38,691 bases of DNA, from the NCBI RefSeq assembly GCF_001194135.2, contig NC_068986.1, forward strand, positions 85,819,956 to 85,858,646, written 5' to 3'. This document shows, in pieces, positions 1-10,203 of this stretch. How positions within the stretch are numbered: position 1 is the first letter of the stretch; every line of letters begins with the position of its first letter. The position numbers were made by a program, and so were the translations under genes. The notes under the pieces were generated by a model. The model ran no database searches. It saw only the letters and a program-made list of their open reading frames with translations, and had not been told where the DNA came from. The stretch is from Octopus bimaculoides (Eukaryota).

Positions 1-30
1 TATATATATATATATATGTCTATATATGTT

Positions 31-620
31 GAGTCGTGACCGAGCGGTGGAAAGCTTGCTTTCCAAATTCATTGTTTCGGTTTCAGTCTCACTTCCTGGA
101 AAAGTATTTTGAAATATCTTCTCGGGATGATAATATCTTTATGCGTAGGTATGGCAGACGGAAACTGAAAGAGGCCTGTCATGTATATGTTTGTGTTGTG
201 TGTGTGTGTGTGTGTTGTGTGTGTGTGTGTGTGTTGGTGTGTGTTTTTGGGTATGTGCTTATGTTTTTCCATCACCACCGGTTGGGTCCGGTGCTGGTGT
301 TTCCGTCCTCTCACTCTACCAGTTCAGTAATAGAGATCGATAAAATGAGTGTCAGGCTTAAAAAAACTAAATACTGGGATTGATTCAGTCGAATCAAAAT
401 TTTTGTATGAACGTTTGATCCTGAGGCATCTATACGTCATGGTGTCTGATATTTTTGAAGTACATTTAGACATTCTGTTCAGCAAGATACTGTCACGATA
501 AGAGACCCATTTCAACATATACCAGTCAAAGATGAATGACCATTTTAAAGGTGATGACAATGGAGGGGCCGAAGCGTGGTCACAGCCCTTTGGCTTAGAA
601 GCAGAAAAACAAAAAAATAT
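31..620 (+). mobile_element. Degenerate tRNA-derived SINE (family A) with internal (GT)n and an ~130 bp interruption near the 3' end
   Basis: Decayed tRNA-like head (GAGTCGTGACCGAGCGGTGGAAAGCTTGCTTTCCAA...GGTTTCAGTCTCACT), then GGCAGACGGAAACTGAAAGAGGCCTGTC, a (GT)n at ~185-245 and a body colinear with the minus-strand copies at 14211-14555 and 23221-23650. A tail-like remnant resumes at ~545-620. Confidence 0.75.
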
Positions 621-1491
621 ATATAATTATGAAATCGAAAAATCGCATAATTATGGCATGAGAACTCACTGAGATAGGGAATATAGGCCATGAAGAATTA
701 GTCAAAACTAATATAAGATATGTATGATTTTATATGAAGTATAGAGAAATGGTTATTAATATACCAGGCTGACTGTAACTGTTTATATCATTTCAATAAT
801 ATGACCCCCCCCACCCATTATCGTATTGGTATTAGCGGTTGTTATGATAGCAATAGAGTTTTGATAAAAAAGAAGAATCAGGTTCCGTTTTCGGCAACGT
901 GCGTACGAAAAAACATGATAAATAAACGGATTTGTTATTTCGTTTATTTTAATTTCTAAAGATATAGTAAGTAAATATTTAATCATCAATATATTATTAC
1001 ACTTTTATATACTAATATATCTTTTATTGTTATTATTCCAGATATAACCATTGCATTGTCTCTTATATTTTAATATATAACTGCTCTCGCTCTCTTGGCT
1101 CTATTAAATCCTTAAACATCATTTTGGACAATACCCTAATTTGAGCAATTAACTAGTGATATCCAATACATTTTGTTCTTAAGACATATTTTATTAATTA
1201 AATATATATATGCACTATTGGATACAATGAGATAAAAACATTGTTCGTCAGGCAATAAATTTATCACCCTCCTTTCATAACAAATCTTCTACGCCTTGAG
1301 TAAATCCAATCTGCTGTAACCATTCGTACAAGGCCAACAGCCTGAAAATAGTTTATACTGTTTCTTTTCAATGCATTTGAATGTTCCATTCTCTCCTCCA
1401 ACATATAGCAAACGATGTGGGTGCTGCTTTCCTGAATAAATCGCCAAATACAAATAACTACCTTGTACAAGGCAACTCACAAATGTGCGCG

Positions 1492-1492
<1 letters not shown>

Positions 1493-1531
<39 letters not shown>
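1493..1531. repeat. (CA)n microsatellite
   Basis: Direct inspection. Confidence 0.95.
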
Positions 1532-1534
<3 letters not shown>

Positions 1535-2119
1535 GCCTATATACAAGTTGGTATGTATGTGCATTCTTCTATGTCTCTACAAGTGATTGTATAAAACATT
1601 ATATCTAAATGTGAATGCAAGAAATTCTATATGCTTTCTTATAATTATGCGGTATAAAGAGTTTGAATTAAGTAAGAAAACGGAGGGAATTTGAGCAACA
1701 TATATTGTTATATCTAGGGTAGACACGGTGAAAGCAACAGCTGACAGGAAATTTTTCTTCATAAAATTGTAACGACATAAATCTTTCCATATTATGAAAG
1801 ACGGAGACGAATTTAAAGCAAAAAGCCAAACGTTAATCAATAGATTTACTTGGTATAAAATACATGATTTTGTGCATGAAATTAAATTTCAATAAAAGAA
1901 AAGAATGAAAATCTTAGGAAATGATTAAATGTCAGCCAAAGTACTGAGATTTCTATAAACTTGTTTGTTTACAGAGGTGTTTCAACATTGAGGCACAACA
2001 AAAAGAGGAAAACACAACTTGACAGCTTATATGGGATTAGGAAAGAATAGGGAGACCAAACAAAAATCAATAATATTTTTACACCAGCTTGCAAAATACT
2101 ACGTACATGTTCGAAATAC

Positions 2120-2236
2120 ACACACACACGTGTGTATGTATGTGTATATGTGTGTATGAATGTATGTATGTATGTATGTATGTAAGTATATATGTAAGTA
2201 TGTATGTATGTATGTTATGTATGTATGTATGTATGC
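2120..2236. repeat. Compound (GT)n/(GTAT)n microsatellite
   Basis: Direct inspection. Confidence 0.9.
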
Positions 2237-2375
2237 ATTGTCTTCTCCTACTGTTTTTAATTTAGAGTAAAGTTTGACCGGCCACCTACTTGGTAGCAAT
2301 AGTGTGAAGGCAGGTATTTTGTTTTGCTTTTAAAGAAAGCCTTGCAAATTTATATATTCTCTGATATTGTGTATG

Positions 2376-2780
2376 TACGATGCCTGATCAATAAATATCC
2401 GGACTGTTGCCTTGGTAACAAAGCTGAAGCACAGAAAGTAAAACCGCTTGGTACACATTGTCACTAATATCTCCTGTGCATACACACTAAGTTCTAACGT
2501 TCTAGCTCATTTCTGCCGTTCACAGCAGTGCTTGGAAGGAAGGTGTGTAGCATGTGATCGTCGCATTGACCATGCCGAAGAAGGTTGTCATGGTAACAGC
2601 TGTTCAGAGTCCTCATAAAGTTGCAGAAAGTGTACGGAGAGGGGTATATGAGACGCGCACAAGTGTACGCTTAGTTCAGGCGTTTCCAAGATGGCCGAAA
2701 AGTATCGATATTGACGATCGTTTTGTTTTTGGCAGCAACCAGCAAATCTGAGAAAAGCATCGCAGATCTGCATGCAGCTT
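2376..2780 (+). mobile_element. Mariner-family transposon 5' fragment (left arm plus N-terminal transposase remnant)
   Basis: Starts TACGATGCCTGATCAATAAATATCCGGACTG and is colinear with 4422-4810. Encodes KLQKVYGEGYMRRAQVYA*FRRFQDGRK, a mariner-type N-terminal HTH. Confidence 0.85.
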
Positions 2781-3068
2781 AATCCTGTAAAACAAATCTT
2801 GTGTGTATTTTCATCTTTTCTCTTTCTGTACATATATATATATTTATGTACGCATATGTATTTGTGTGTGTATTTAGCCTGAACGCTAAATCCACAAGTT
2901 TTTTTTCTTCTCTGTTTTTCTTTCTCGTATACCTTTCTGTTTACGAGCTTAGGTACGAAACGTAAAAAGTCTTTCTCATTTTCCCGAGCGTCAAACAAAT
3001 ACTCCTGCTTGTAGTTTATAGACCTGTCTTCGTCTTCTGTTTTTCTGAAAAATTCAACCATATATATA

Positions 3069-4337
3069 CACAGACATGCAGGAAGTAATTAGACTTAGTT
3101 TTCAAAATCTTTTATTTAAAACGCAAAGCGAACAATTGAAAGGTAATCGATAGGCTGAACTACATACTTTAGTATTTAGTTGACATTCCCTTTGCAGTTT
3201 TTAATTGAGAAACTGTTTTTGGCATTGAACTGATGAGCTTTGTAATTGCCTCTTGTGGAATTTTTGCTCACTTTTCACGCAACAGTCGAAACAATTCATC
3301 TTTAGATTTAGGTTTTTGTCGAGGTTTTCTTATAGTTCTATCTAGTATGCTTCAAAGATTTTCAGTTGGGTACATGTCAGGAGATTGGCTCGGCCAAGGA
3401 CGCTTTTTGAATCCATTTTAGTCAGCCATTATTGATTCCTTTTCGCTGTGTGGCATGGAGCCCCATCATCCATGAATAAAAACTCATTTTTCGATATGTT
3501 ACCGTGAGAATACTTCGGAAGTAGTCCTTGCTTAAGTATTTCGATGTATTTTTCAGAGTTTATGCTTCCAAAAGATTCGATCAGCTCAGAACGACCATTA
3601 CTGGTGACAGCTCCACATACCATTACAGAGATACCGCCATGTTTAACAGTTGGTTGGAGTCGTTTCAAATGAAATTCTCGATTGGGAAACCTCCAGGCCC
3701 AAACTCGTCCACTGTCTGAAAATAACGCAAATCTGGATTCATCTGAGTAATTCACACTATTCCAAAATGTACTGGATTTTTCTGACATCTCCTTAGCCCA
3801 TTTCTTTCTTTTCATGATATTAATTACGTGAAGGAGAGGTTTTCTTCCAGCTGCTCGTCCATAATACCCAAGGTTATGCAGATATGTAACACATGTTCTT
3901 GGACTAACTTATAGTTGTTTTGCAATGTCAGAAGCCTTCGAACTGGGTTCGTTTTCCACAGTTTTCTTCAAACAGCGAAGCTTCCTTTCTGAGAGCCCAG
4001 GTCGGCCGGGACAAGAATTTGTTGATTCTTTACCTTGGCTTTTGAATTGCACCATAATTCAATTAACAGTAGCAAGAGGAATTTGAAGAGTTTGGGCACT
4101 TTTTCGCTGGTTAAGACCAAACTCAGATTACCCAACAATACAACCTCTGAAAATCTGACAGTTCTGGTGAATTTTTGTGCGTGGCATGGTTATTCCTCGC
4201 AAATGTTTTATGTAATGGCACCTGGAATGAAAAAGAATAATTACATTGAAAATTCTACACCGCTGAAAACAAATTAAGACGCTTAGATCAGAAATTTTGA
4301 AAATTAAAGTTGTCTATTTACTTCTTGCGTGTGTGTG
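3069..4337 (-). mobile_element. Near full-length degenerate Tc1-like DNA transposon (~1.27 kb) with imperfect TIRs
   Basis: Left end, after a TA run: CACAGACATGCAGGAAGTAATTAGACTTAGTTTTCAAAAT (3069-3108). Reverse complement of 4294-4337: ACACACGCAAGAAGTAAATAGACAACTTTAATTTTCAAAAT. The transposase pseudogene lies between them. Confidence 0.92.
3169..4187 (-). pseudogene. Tc1 DD34E transposase pseudogene (frameshifts and in-frame stops)
   Basis: Reconstructed MPRTK..LSDFQRGCIVG...GRPG..., then [64 protein letters not shown]. Counting across one 1-nt frameshift gives 34 residues between the second catalytic D and E. Confidence 0.93.
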
Positions 4338-4349
4338 TGTGTGTGCGTA

Positions 4350-4408
<59 letters not shown>

Positions 4409-4416
4409 GCGTGTGT
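4328..4416. repeat. (GT)n microsatellite continuous with the Tc1 right TIR
   Basis: Direct inspection. Confidence 0.95.
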
Positions 4417-4421
4417 TTATA

Positions 4422-5278
4422 TATGAAGTCTGAACAATAGGTATACGGATTGTTTCCATAGTAACGCAGCTAAAGCACGCAATGTAAAGCCGCAATGCAC
4501 AGATTGTCGTTGATCTCTGCTGTACTAAGTTTTATCGTTCTAACTCTCTACCGCCGTTCACAGCAGTGCCTTGAAGGAAGGTGTTTAGCTTGTGATTGTG
4601 GCATTGACCATGACAGAAAGTTGTGATGGCGATACTACTCAGAGTCCTACATAAAGTTGCAGAAAATATATGGAGAGCAGTGTATGAGCCGCACACAAGT
4701 GTACAAATTGTTCTGACGTTTGCAAGATCGCCGAAAAATGTTGATAATGTTCTGCTAGACCCGCAACCAGCAGAGCTGAGAAAATCATCCCTAATGTGCG
4801 TGCAGCTGTGACTGGAAATTTTCGAATCAACATCCGTGAGTTATCAAAAAATGTGCAGATTAGTTACGGTTCAATTCAGTCCATTATCCATTTGTGCATG
4901 AGACGAGTGTCTGCCAAGTTTGTGCCAAAACTGCTTTCAGCTGACTAACATTACACCCTGGTTTCAGTTGCACTAGATCTCCTTAATTCTTTCGAGAACG
5001 GCGAAAACTCTTTGGAAATCTTGCATAGGTCTCTGAGCTGGTATCGCCAAGATTTTGACAAATTTGATGCGGATTCTCTGCTCAACTTTCTCTACCATGT
5101 TCCGTGCGATGCTCATACGTTACACACGTTTCTTCCAAGCACTGCTATAAATAGCGGAGGTGAGTTAGAACGTTAAAACTTAGTGCGCACTCACAGTAGA
5201 GGTCAGGGTCAATTTGTACCAAGCAGCTTCATACTGCGTGCTTTAGTTTTGTTACAATGGCAAGTCCATATACTCAAT
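4422..5278 (+). mobile_element. Non-autonomous fold-back mariner derivative with long (~250 bp) inverted arms
   Basis: The left arm starts TATGAAGTCTGAACAATAGGTATACGGATTG. The reverse complement of 5020-5278 is homologous to the left arm and includes the transposase start (MVEKVEQRIRIKF..LGDTSSETYA). The right tip is eroded. Confidence 0.88.
4610..5018 (+). pseudogene. Mariner transposase N-terminal remnant (no DDD domain)
   Basis: KLQKIYGEQCMSRTQVYKLF*RLQDRRK..SARPATSRAEKIIPNVRAAV..IRELSKNVQISYGSIQSII..MRRVSAKFVPKLLSAD*. FVPKLL corresponds to the mariner WVPHEL linker motif. Confidence 0.88.
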
Positions 5279-5296
5279 TATTTACTTATTAATTTT

Positions 5297-5355
5297 TCTA
5301 TATGTGTCTGTGGATTTTCATGGATGAGTTCATGAACTTTGGTTCTTTTCTCTAA

Positions 5356-5357
<2 letters not shown>
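5297..5357 (+). repeat. Fragment of an unclassified dispersed repeat (matches 14031-14088)
   Basis: ATATGTGTCTGTGGATTTTCATGGATGAGTTCATGAACTTTGGTTCTTTTCTCTAAA versus ATATGTTACTGGATTTTTATGGATATGTTCATGAATTTTGGTTCTTTTCTCTAAA. Confidence 0.8.

Positions 5358-5358
<1 letters not shown>

Positions 5359-5416
<58 letters not shown>
5359..5416. repeat. (CA)n microsatellite
   Basis: Direct inspection. Confidence 0.95.
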
Positions 5417-5418
<2 letters not shown>

Positions 5419-5899
5419 CCCCCCATATATATATATATGCACATATGTGAGTGTGTGTGTGATAGTATTACAGGCGTATGTTTTGCTATATATGAATTTA
5501 CTGAAAGGGTTGGGCGTACATAGGTGTTTGTGTGTGAGGGAGTGTAAGATTGTATGCGAGCCCGCGCGCGTACTTGTGTGTTTGCGTGTCTAATATTGTA
5601 ATTTTAATATTCCAGATGGTGCAATATTGACAAGGACTTAGTTTGCAGTTTTTCGTGTCAAATATAGCTTTTGTTGTGTTATCATTCAATATAGACAAAT
5701 ATGTCAACAAATATCCACTAACATAAGCGTACACAAACAGACGCGAAGACCCCCACATAGGCACATAAGCACAGAAGCGCAAATATGGACACGCACGTAC
5801 TTTTATACTGAGAGTCACATAATGAAGTATTTAGATATGTATGAGTTCGTATACATTAATATATGCGTATACGTGTACCTATACATGTGTGTAGGCGTA

Positions 5900-6034
5900 T
5901 GTGTATGTGTGTGTGTGTGTATGTATATATATATATGCGTGTATAGGCATATATAAGTATATATGTTTGTTTATATATTTATATATATATATATAAGTTT
6001 ATACGTATATATGTATACATATGTGTATATGCAA

Positions 6035-6091
<57 letters not shown>

Positions 6092-6099
6092 CATATATG

Positions 6100-6136
<37 letters not shown>

Positions 6137-6137
6137 G

Positions 6138-6169
<32 letters not shown>

Positions 6170-6170
6170 T
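5900..6170. repeat. Compound (GT)n/(TA)n/(GATA)n microsatellite
   Basis: Direct inspection. Confidence 0.9.
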
Positions 6171-6179
6171 GCTTATATA

Positions 6180-6480
6180 TATTGGGTCATCCCATAAATT
6201 GTGTCTTTTTTCTCTATAGCATACACTAAAATGCGAAGGGGCTAGCATAAACTACCAGCGTCAACTTGCTATAAAAGCAGGTAATAATTTTACCTTGTGC
6301 ATAATCCTAATGCTAATTTTGAAAATTGCGGTTCGATTTGAACAAACATATTCTCAAACGTATAATAGAAGTGGCAAAAGAGCATTTTCGGCATATTTTG
6401 CTTTACGCTTTCAATAAAGGAAACAATACAATGGAAAGTGCGAGGAAACCAGTTAGTCTAGAAAACGGTTGTTCGAAGTC
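6180..6480 (+). mobile_element. 5' fragment of a second, distinct mariner family
   Basis: Starts TATTGGGTCATCCCATAAAT (mariner-like TIR after a TA run). 6365-6450 translates (I)EVAKEHFRHILLYAFNKGNNTMESAR, the typical mariner N-terminus (..EH.RHILLY.F.KG..). No right TIR found in the window. Confidence 0.75.
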
Positions 6481-7319
6481 AAAATTAATCGAATAACTAA
6501 GTAATCGAATTGTACCGAATATTAAGATAATGTCTCTACAAAATGTTGTTGTAACATGTTTCATTATAATAGCCCTAATTTTTTTACACCCCATATAATC
6601 ACGCAAAGGTACAAAAGCAATGATTTGAAATCAACTTTTCTGATGCCTTGACGTGAATCCAATGATTTTATTGTTTTTTTTTTATTCCATTTATTCCCTC
6701 CTCTAATAATGTCCATTATTCTTGTTAAGTTACGTCGATTATTCTTGCTAAGTCAACATTAGTAGCATTTTCAAATATTAGTCCTATTATCCCAGATTTG
6801 AAGCATCTTTCGTAAAAACCATCATGGAACATTTATGTAAATTACATCTGTTTACAAATAATTAACATTGAAATGATGTGCGCACATGTAAAGTTTTACA
6901 TTTAACAAAAAACAAAAAGAAGATTTAACAAATAACAACACATCAATTTTTCATAAACTACTTTCCCTATTTCAATTATTTTCGATAATTCAATCAATTG
7001 TTCGTACAACTAATATCTTTCATGTTTCAATTCTTTTGTTATTCATCAATTGTATTTCAATAAAATTTGTTCTATAGGCACCATGCAACGAATTCTTTTT
7101 ATTCCCAGTATCTTTCTTTTCTCCTGCCCTTTCGGGATTTTATACACAACCAACCAGTAATATGACCTACGGCTTAAGTTCTTAGATTTATGTATTTCAA
7201 CTTCGATCCAGCATCTCTAAAAGTCCAATGCATTTATACACAAACATGCACTAATGTTCACGAGTGCAATCTCGAAATGTCTTAATCACTCACTCATGAT
7301 CTCGCATTCCAAACGGCTT

Positions 7320-7572
7320 ACCGTTTTCCTAATTTATATGAACCTAATCAGCTATGCACCTAGTTTTCTACATTGCACCTCCGGTGATCATTACAGTTTT
7401 TCAGTTTTTCTAAATCTTACTCAGTTATATGCAAAAGACACCAGCTTCTTTCTGTTAGGGTTTCTGTGAAAACACCGAATTTTTCAACCTAATGTCTTAT
7501 CTATGAAAAAATATATTTATATATTTACTTAAAAAGTGTTTTTACTCAAAAGTAACATACTTCGTATATATC
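7320..7572. mobile_element. Possible end of an abundant non-autonomous DNA element
   Basis: Terminal-looking segment ...GTGAAAACACCGAATTTTTCAACCTAATGTCTTATCTATGAAAAA...TTACTCAAAAGTAACATACTTCGTATATA. It resembles an octopus repeat I recall, but no partner copy is present in the window. Confidence 0.3.
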
Positions 7573-8208
7573 TTTTATAGCAGTTAAATTAGCAAATATT
7601 ACTACATTTCAAAGTAACTAAAATCAGTTATAGAATGGATTCTTTAGATTACTTATCTATCGAAAAGGCTATTTCAATACATCAAGTATATTATGTATAT
7701 ATAGGTGCATACTATATGTGCATACATAAATGCATACATACCTACATGTACATATGCAAACGTGCATATATCTATATATGTATATATGTGTGTGCACGAA
7801 TGCGTGCGCGTGTGTGTTCGCGTGTGCCTGGGTGAGTGTGTATGTGTTTGTATGTATATATATTGATAATCAGAATATATATCCAAGCTGTTGCTTTGAC
7901 AAATTGCTTTATTCTTAATCTTCCCATTTTGTAGTTATAATAATTGAAAAGTGCAGTATTTCAAAAACTTCTGTTGCATTCTTTAAAATAATGAAGATCA
8001 ATTTTTAAAATCGCACATAAATCCGATATAACATTTAGTTTAGATGTTTGAAAATAATTGATATGTTTTAGTTCTGCTATTTGACATGAGCATAATAGTT
8101 ATAAGCTGGCTATTTATTCTCTAGCAAACAGTATAAATACACACACACAAACACACACACACACACGCACACACACATACATAAGCACACACACACACAT
8201 ACATACAT

Positions 8209-8239
<31 letters not shown>

Positions 8240-8709
8240 NNNNNNNNNNNNNNNNNNNNNNNNNNNNNNNNNNNNNNNNNNNNNNNNNNNNNNNNNNNNN
8301 NNNNNNNNNNNNNNNNNNNNNNNNNNNNNNNNNNNNNNNNNNNNNNNNNNNNNNNNNNNNNNNNNNNNNNNNNNNNNNNNNNNNNNNNNNNNNNNNNNNN
8401 NNNNNNNNNNNNNNNNNNNNNNNNNNNNNNNNNNNNNNNNNNNNNNNNNNNNNNNNNNNNNNNNNNNNNNNNNNNNNNNNNNNNNNNNNNNNNNNNNNNN
8501 NNNNNNNNNNNNNNNNNNNNNNNNNNNNNNNNNNNNNNNNNNNNNNNNNNNNNNNNNNNNNNNNNNNNNNNNNNNNNNNNNNNNNNNNNNNNNNNNNNNN
8601 NNNNNNNNNNNNNNNNNNNNNNNNNNNNNNNNNNNNNNNNNNNNNNNNNNNNNNNNNNNNNNNNNNNNNNNNNNNNNNNNNNNNNNNNNNNNNNNNNNNN
8701 NNNNNNNNN

Positions 8710-8935
8710 ATATATATGGTGGTTGTCTACTCCTTAAACAGAGTTTGACCACCTCCTGCACCTACACCTTAGCCCTTTCATGGCGTCTGATGTGGCTTTT
8801 TAAACCAGACAGTGTTTTGAAAAAACACCCACACAGATTGCACCTCTGATTTGCACTACCAATACCTGCAAGTAAGTTCTGCTCATTGTGGATCCTAACA
8901 TGTCTTTTAAGACCCCCATTGGATTTGCAAACATG
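8710..8935 (-). mobile_element. 3' end of a 5'-truncated LINE (RTE-like) with short 3' UTR ending in (TA)n
   Basis: Minus-strand open frame 8935-8762: HVCKSNGGLKRHVRIHNEQNLLAGIGSANQRCNLCGCFFKTLSGLKSHIRRHERAKV* (CxxC..HxxxH finger). It is followed by GTGCAGGAGGTGGTCAAACTCTGTTTAAGGAGTAGACAACCACCATATATA. Confidence 0.7.
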
Positions 8936-9059
8936 TATATGTTTTGTGTGTGTATAGGACTATATGTGTATGAATATATATTAATATAATATAATTTATT
9001 CCTTATGATAAATATTTTATATGGTATATATTTAACAATATTAATTATACACATATACA

Positions 9060-9810
9060 AAGTTTCTTTAACTTTTCGCACTTACTGTTCAAGATATCCA
9101 TTAGCCACATCAGATTTAGTTCTTACACAACTAGACTCAAAACTACGTAAGCATGTTATTATATTCCATCTTTCATAATCATCTTACTGAGGTAGAGGGT
9201 TTCGCATGCGGGGCCTGCTATTATAGGTCTCAATTTGAGGTCATTAGGTGTAGGGACCTTGATTATTATGTCTGTGGCTATCCTGCATGCGTTACTTATT
9301 TTCTCACTTTTGTGTATCTTAGTAATGTCGTAGAATTGACTGGATTTACATTTGAAATTGGTCATCTAGTCGTATTCCTTCTCGGTGAGCCCCTTCTCTA
9401 TATAGATTTAACATTGATTTTAGGTTTCTCATTATTATTTTCTGCTGAACGTAGAGTTGGACATTTTCATAATATGTTGTGTCTTCTAATATAGATAGTA
9501 CAAGAGTTGTATAGTATACCGTGTTCATTAAGACAACTGCATTCCCTTTATCAACTTCTTTGATTGTTGTTGTTTTATCATCTTTTAATTGGTTCAGCTC
9601 AGCCCATTCTTTTTTGCTGAAGTTTGACTTGTGTTTTTGTTTGTGCCTATGTTGATATGGGCAATTCAAGATGTATTCACAGAAATGGTCAAGAGTTTTG
9701 TTCTTACCTATTGGAGGGGTGTAGTTACTTCTATTGCAGACTAACGATTCGTCCTCGTTGTATTTGTCGTATAGCTCCTCAGCAAGGCATAATTTTCTAC
9801 AGAATTTCGC
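9060..9810 (-). pseudogene. Penelope-like retroelement reverse transcriptase fragment
   Basis: EFCRKL.LAEELYDKYNEDESLV.NRSNYTPPIGKNKTLDHFCEY..SNFSKKE..IKEVDKGNAVVLMN..YY..LEDTTYY, then frameshifted FYDITKIHKS..DLKLRPIIAGPACET. These match the PLE hallmarks (ADKG, FYGLPKIHK, RPI). A tentative later RT piece (MGYLEQ-like) lies at ~9060-9110. Confidence 0.85.
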
Positions 9811-9831
9811 GACATATATATGTTAGTGCGT

Positions 9832-10203
9832 GGAAGCGCAATGGCCCAGTGGTTAGGGCAGCGGACTCGCAGTCGTAGGATCGCGGTTTCGATTTCCAGA
9901 CCGAGCGTTGTGAGTGTTTATTGAGCGAAAACACCTGAAGCTTCACGAGTCTCCGATAGTGAGTGGTAGGGAACCCTGATGTACTTTTTAACCACAACTT
10001 TCTCTCACTCTTAATGATTCTGTTGTACTTGTATTTCAAAGGGCCAACCTTGCCACGCTCTCTGTCACGCTGAATCTCCCCGAGAACTACGTTAAGGGTA
10101 CACATGTCTGTTGCGTGTTCAGACACTTGTACGTTAATTTCACGAGCAGGCTGTTCCGTTGATCGCATCAACTGGAACCCTCGTTGTAACCGAAGGAGTG
10201 CCA
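9832..10203 (+). mobile_element. tRNA-derived SINE (family B), well preserved
   Basis: Head GGAAGCGCAATGGCCCAGTGGTTAGGGCAGCGGACTCGCAGTCGTAGGATCGCGGTTTCGATTTCCAGACC with Pol III A box (TGGCCCAGTGG) and B-box-like GTTTCGATTTCC. It is followed by ~300 bp of non-tRNA body and a TA-rich tail. Confidence 0.88.

Noticed and set aside
6900-7260. Possible decayed transposase on the minus strand
   Set aside because: Partly open frames, but no diagnostic motif could be identified.
9832-9905. Possible tRNA gene
   Set aside because: The acceptor stem and T arm do not close properly, and the sequence continues into a SINE body; it is a SINE head.
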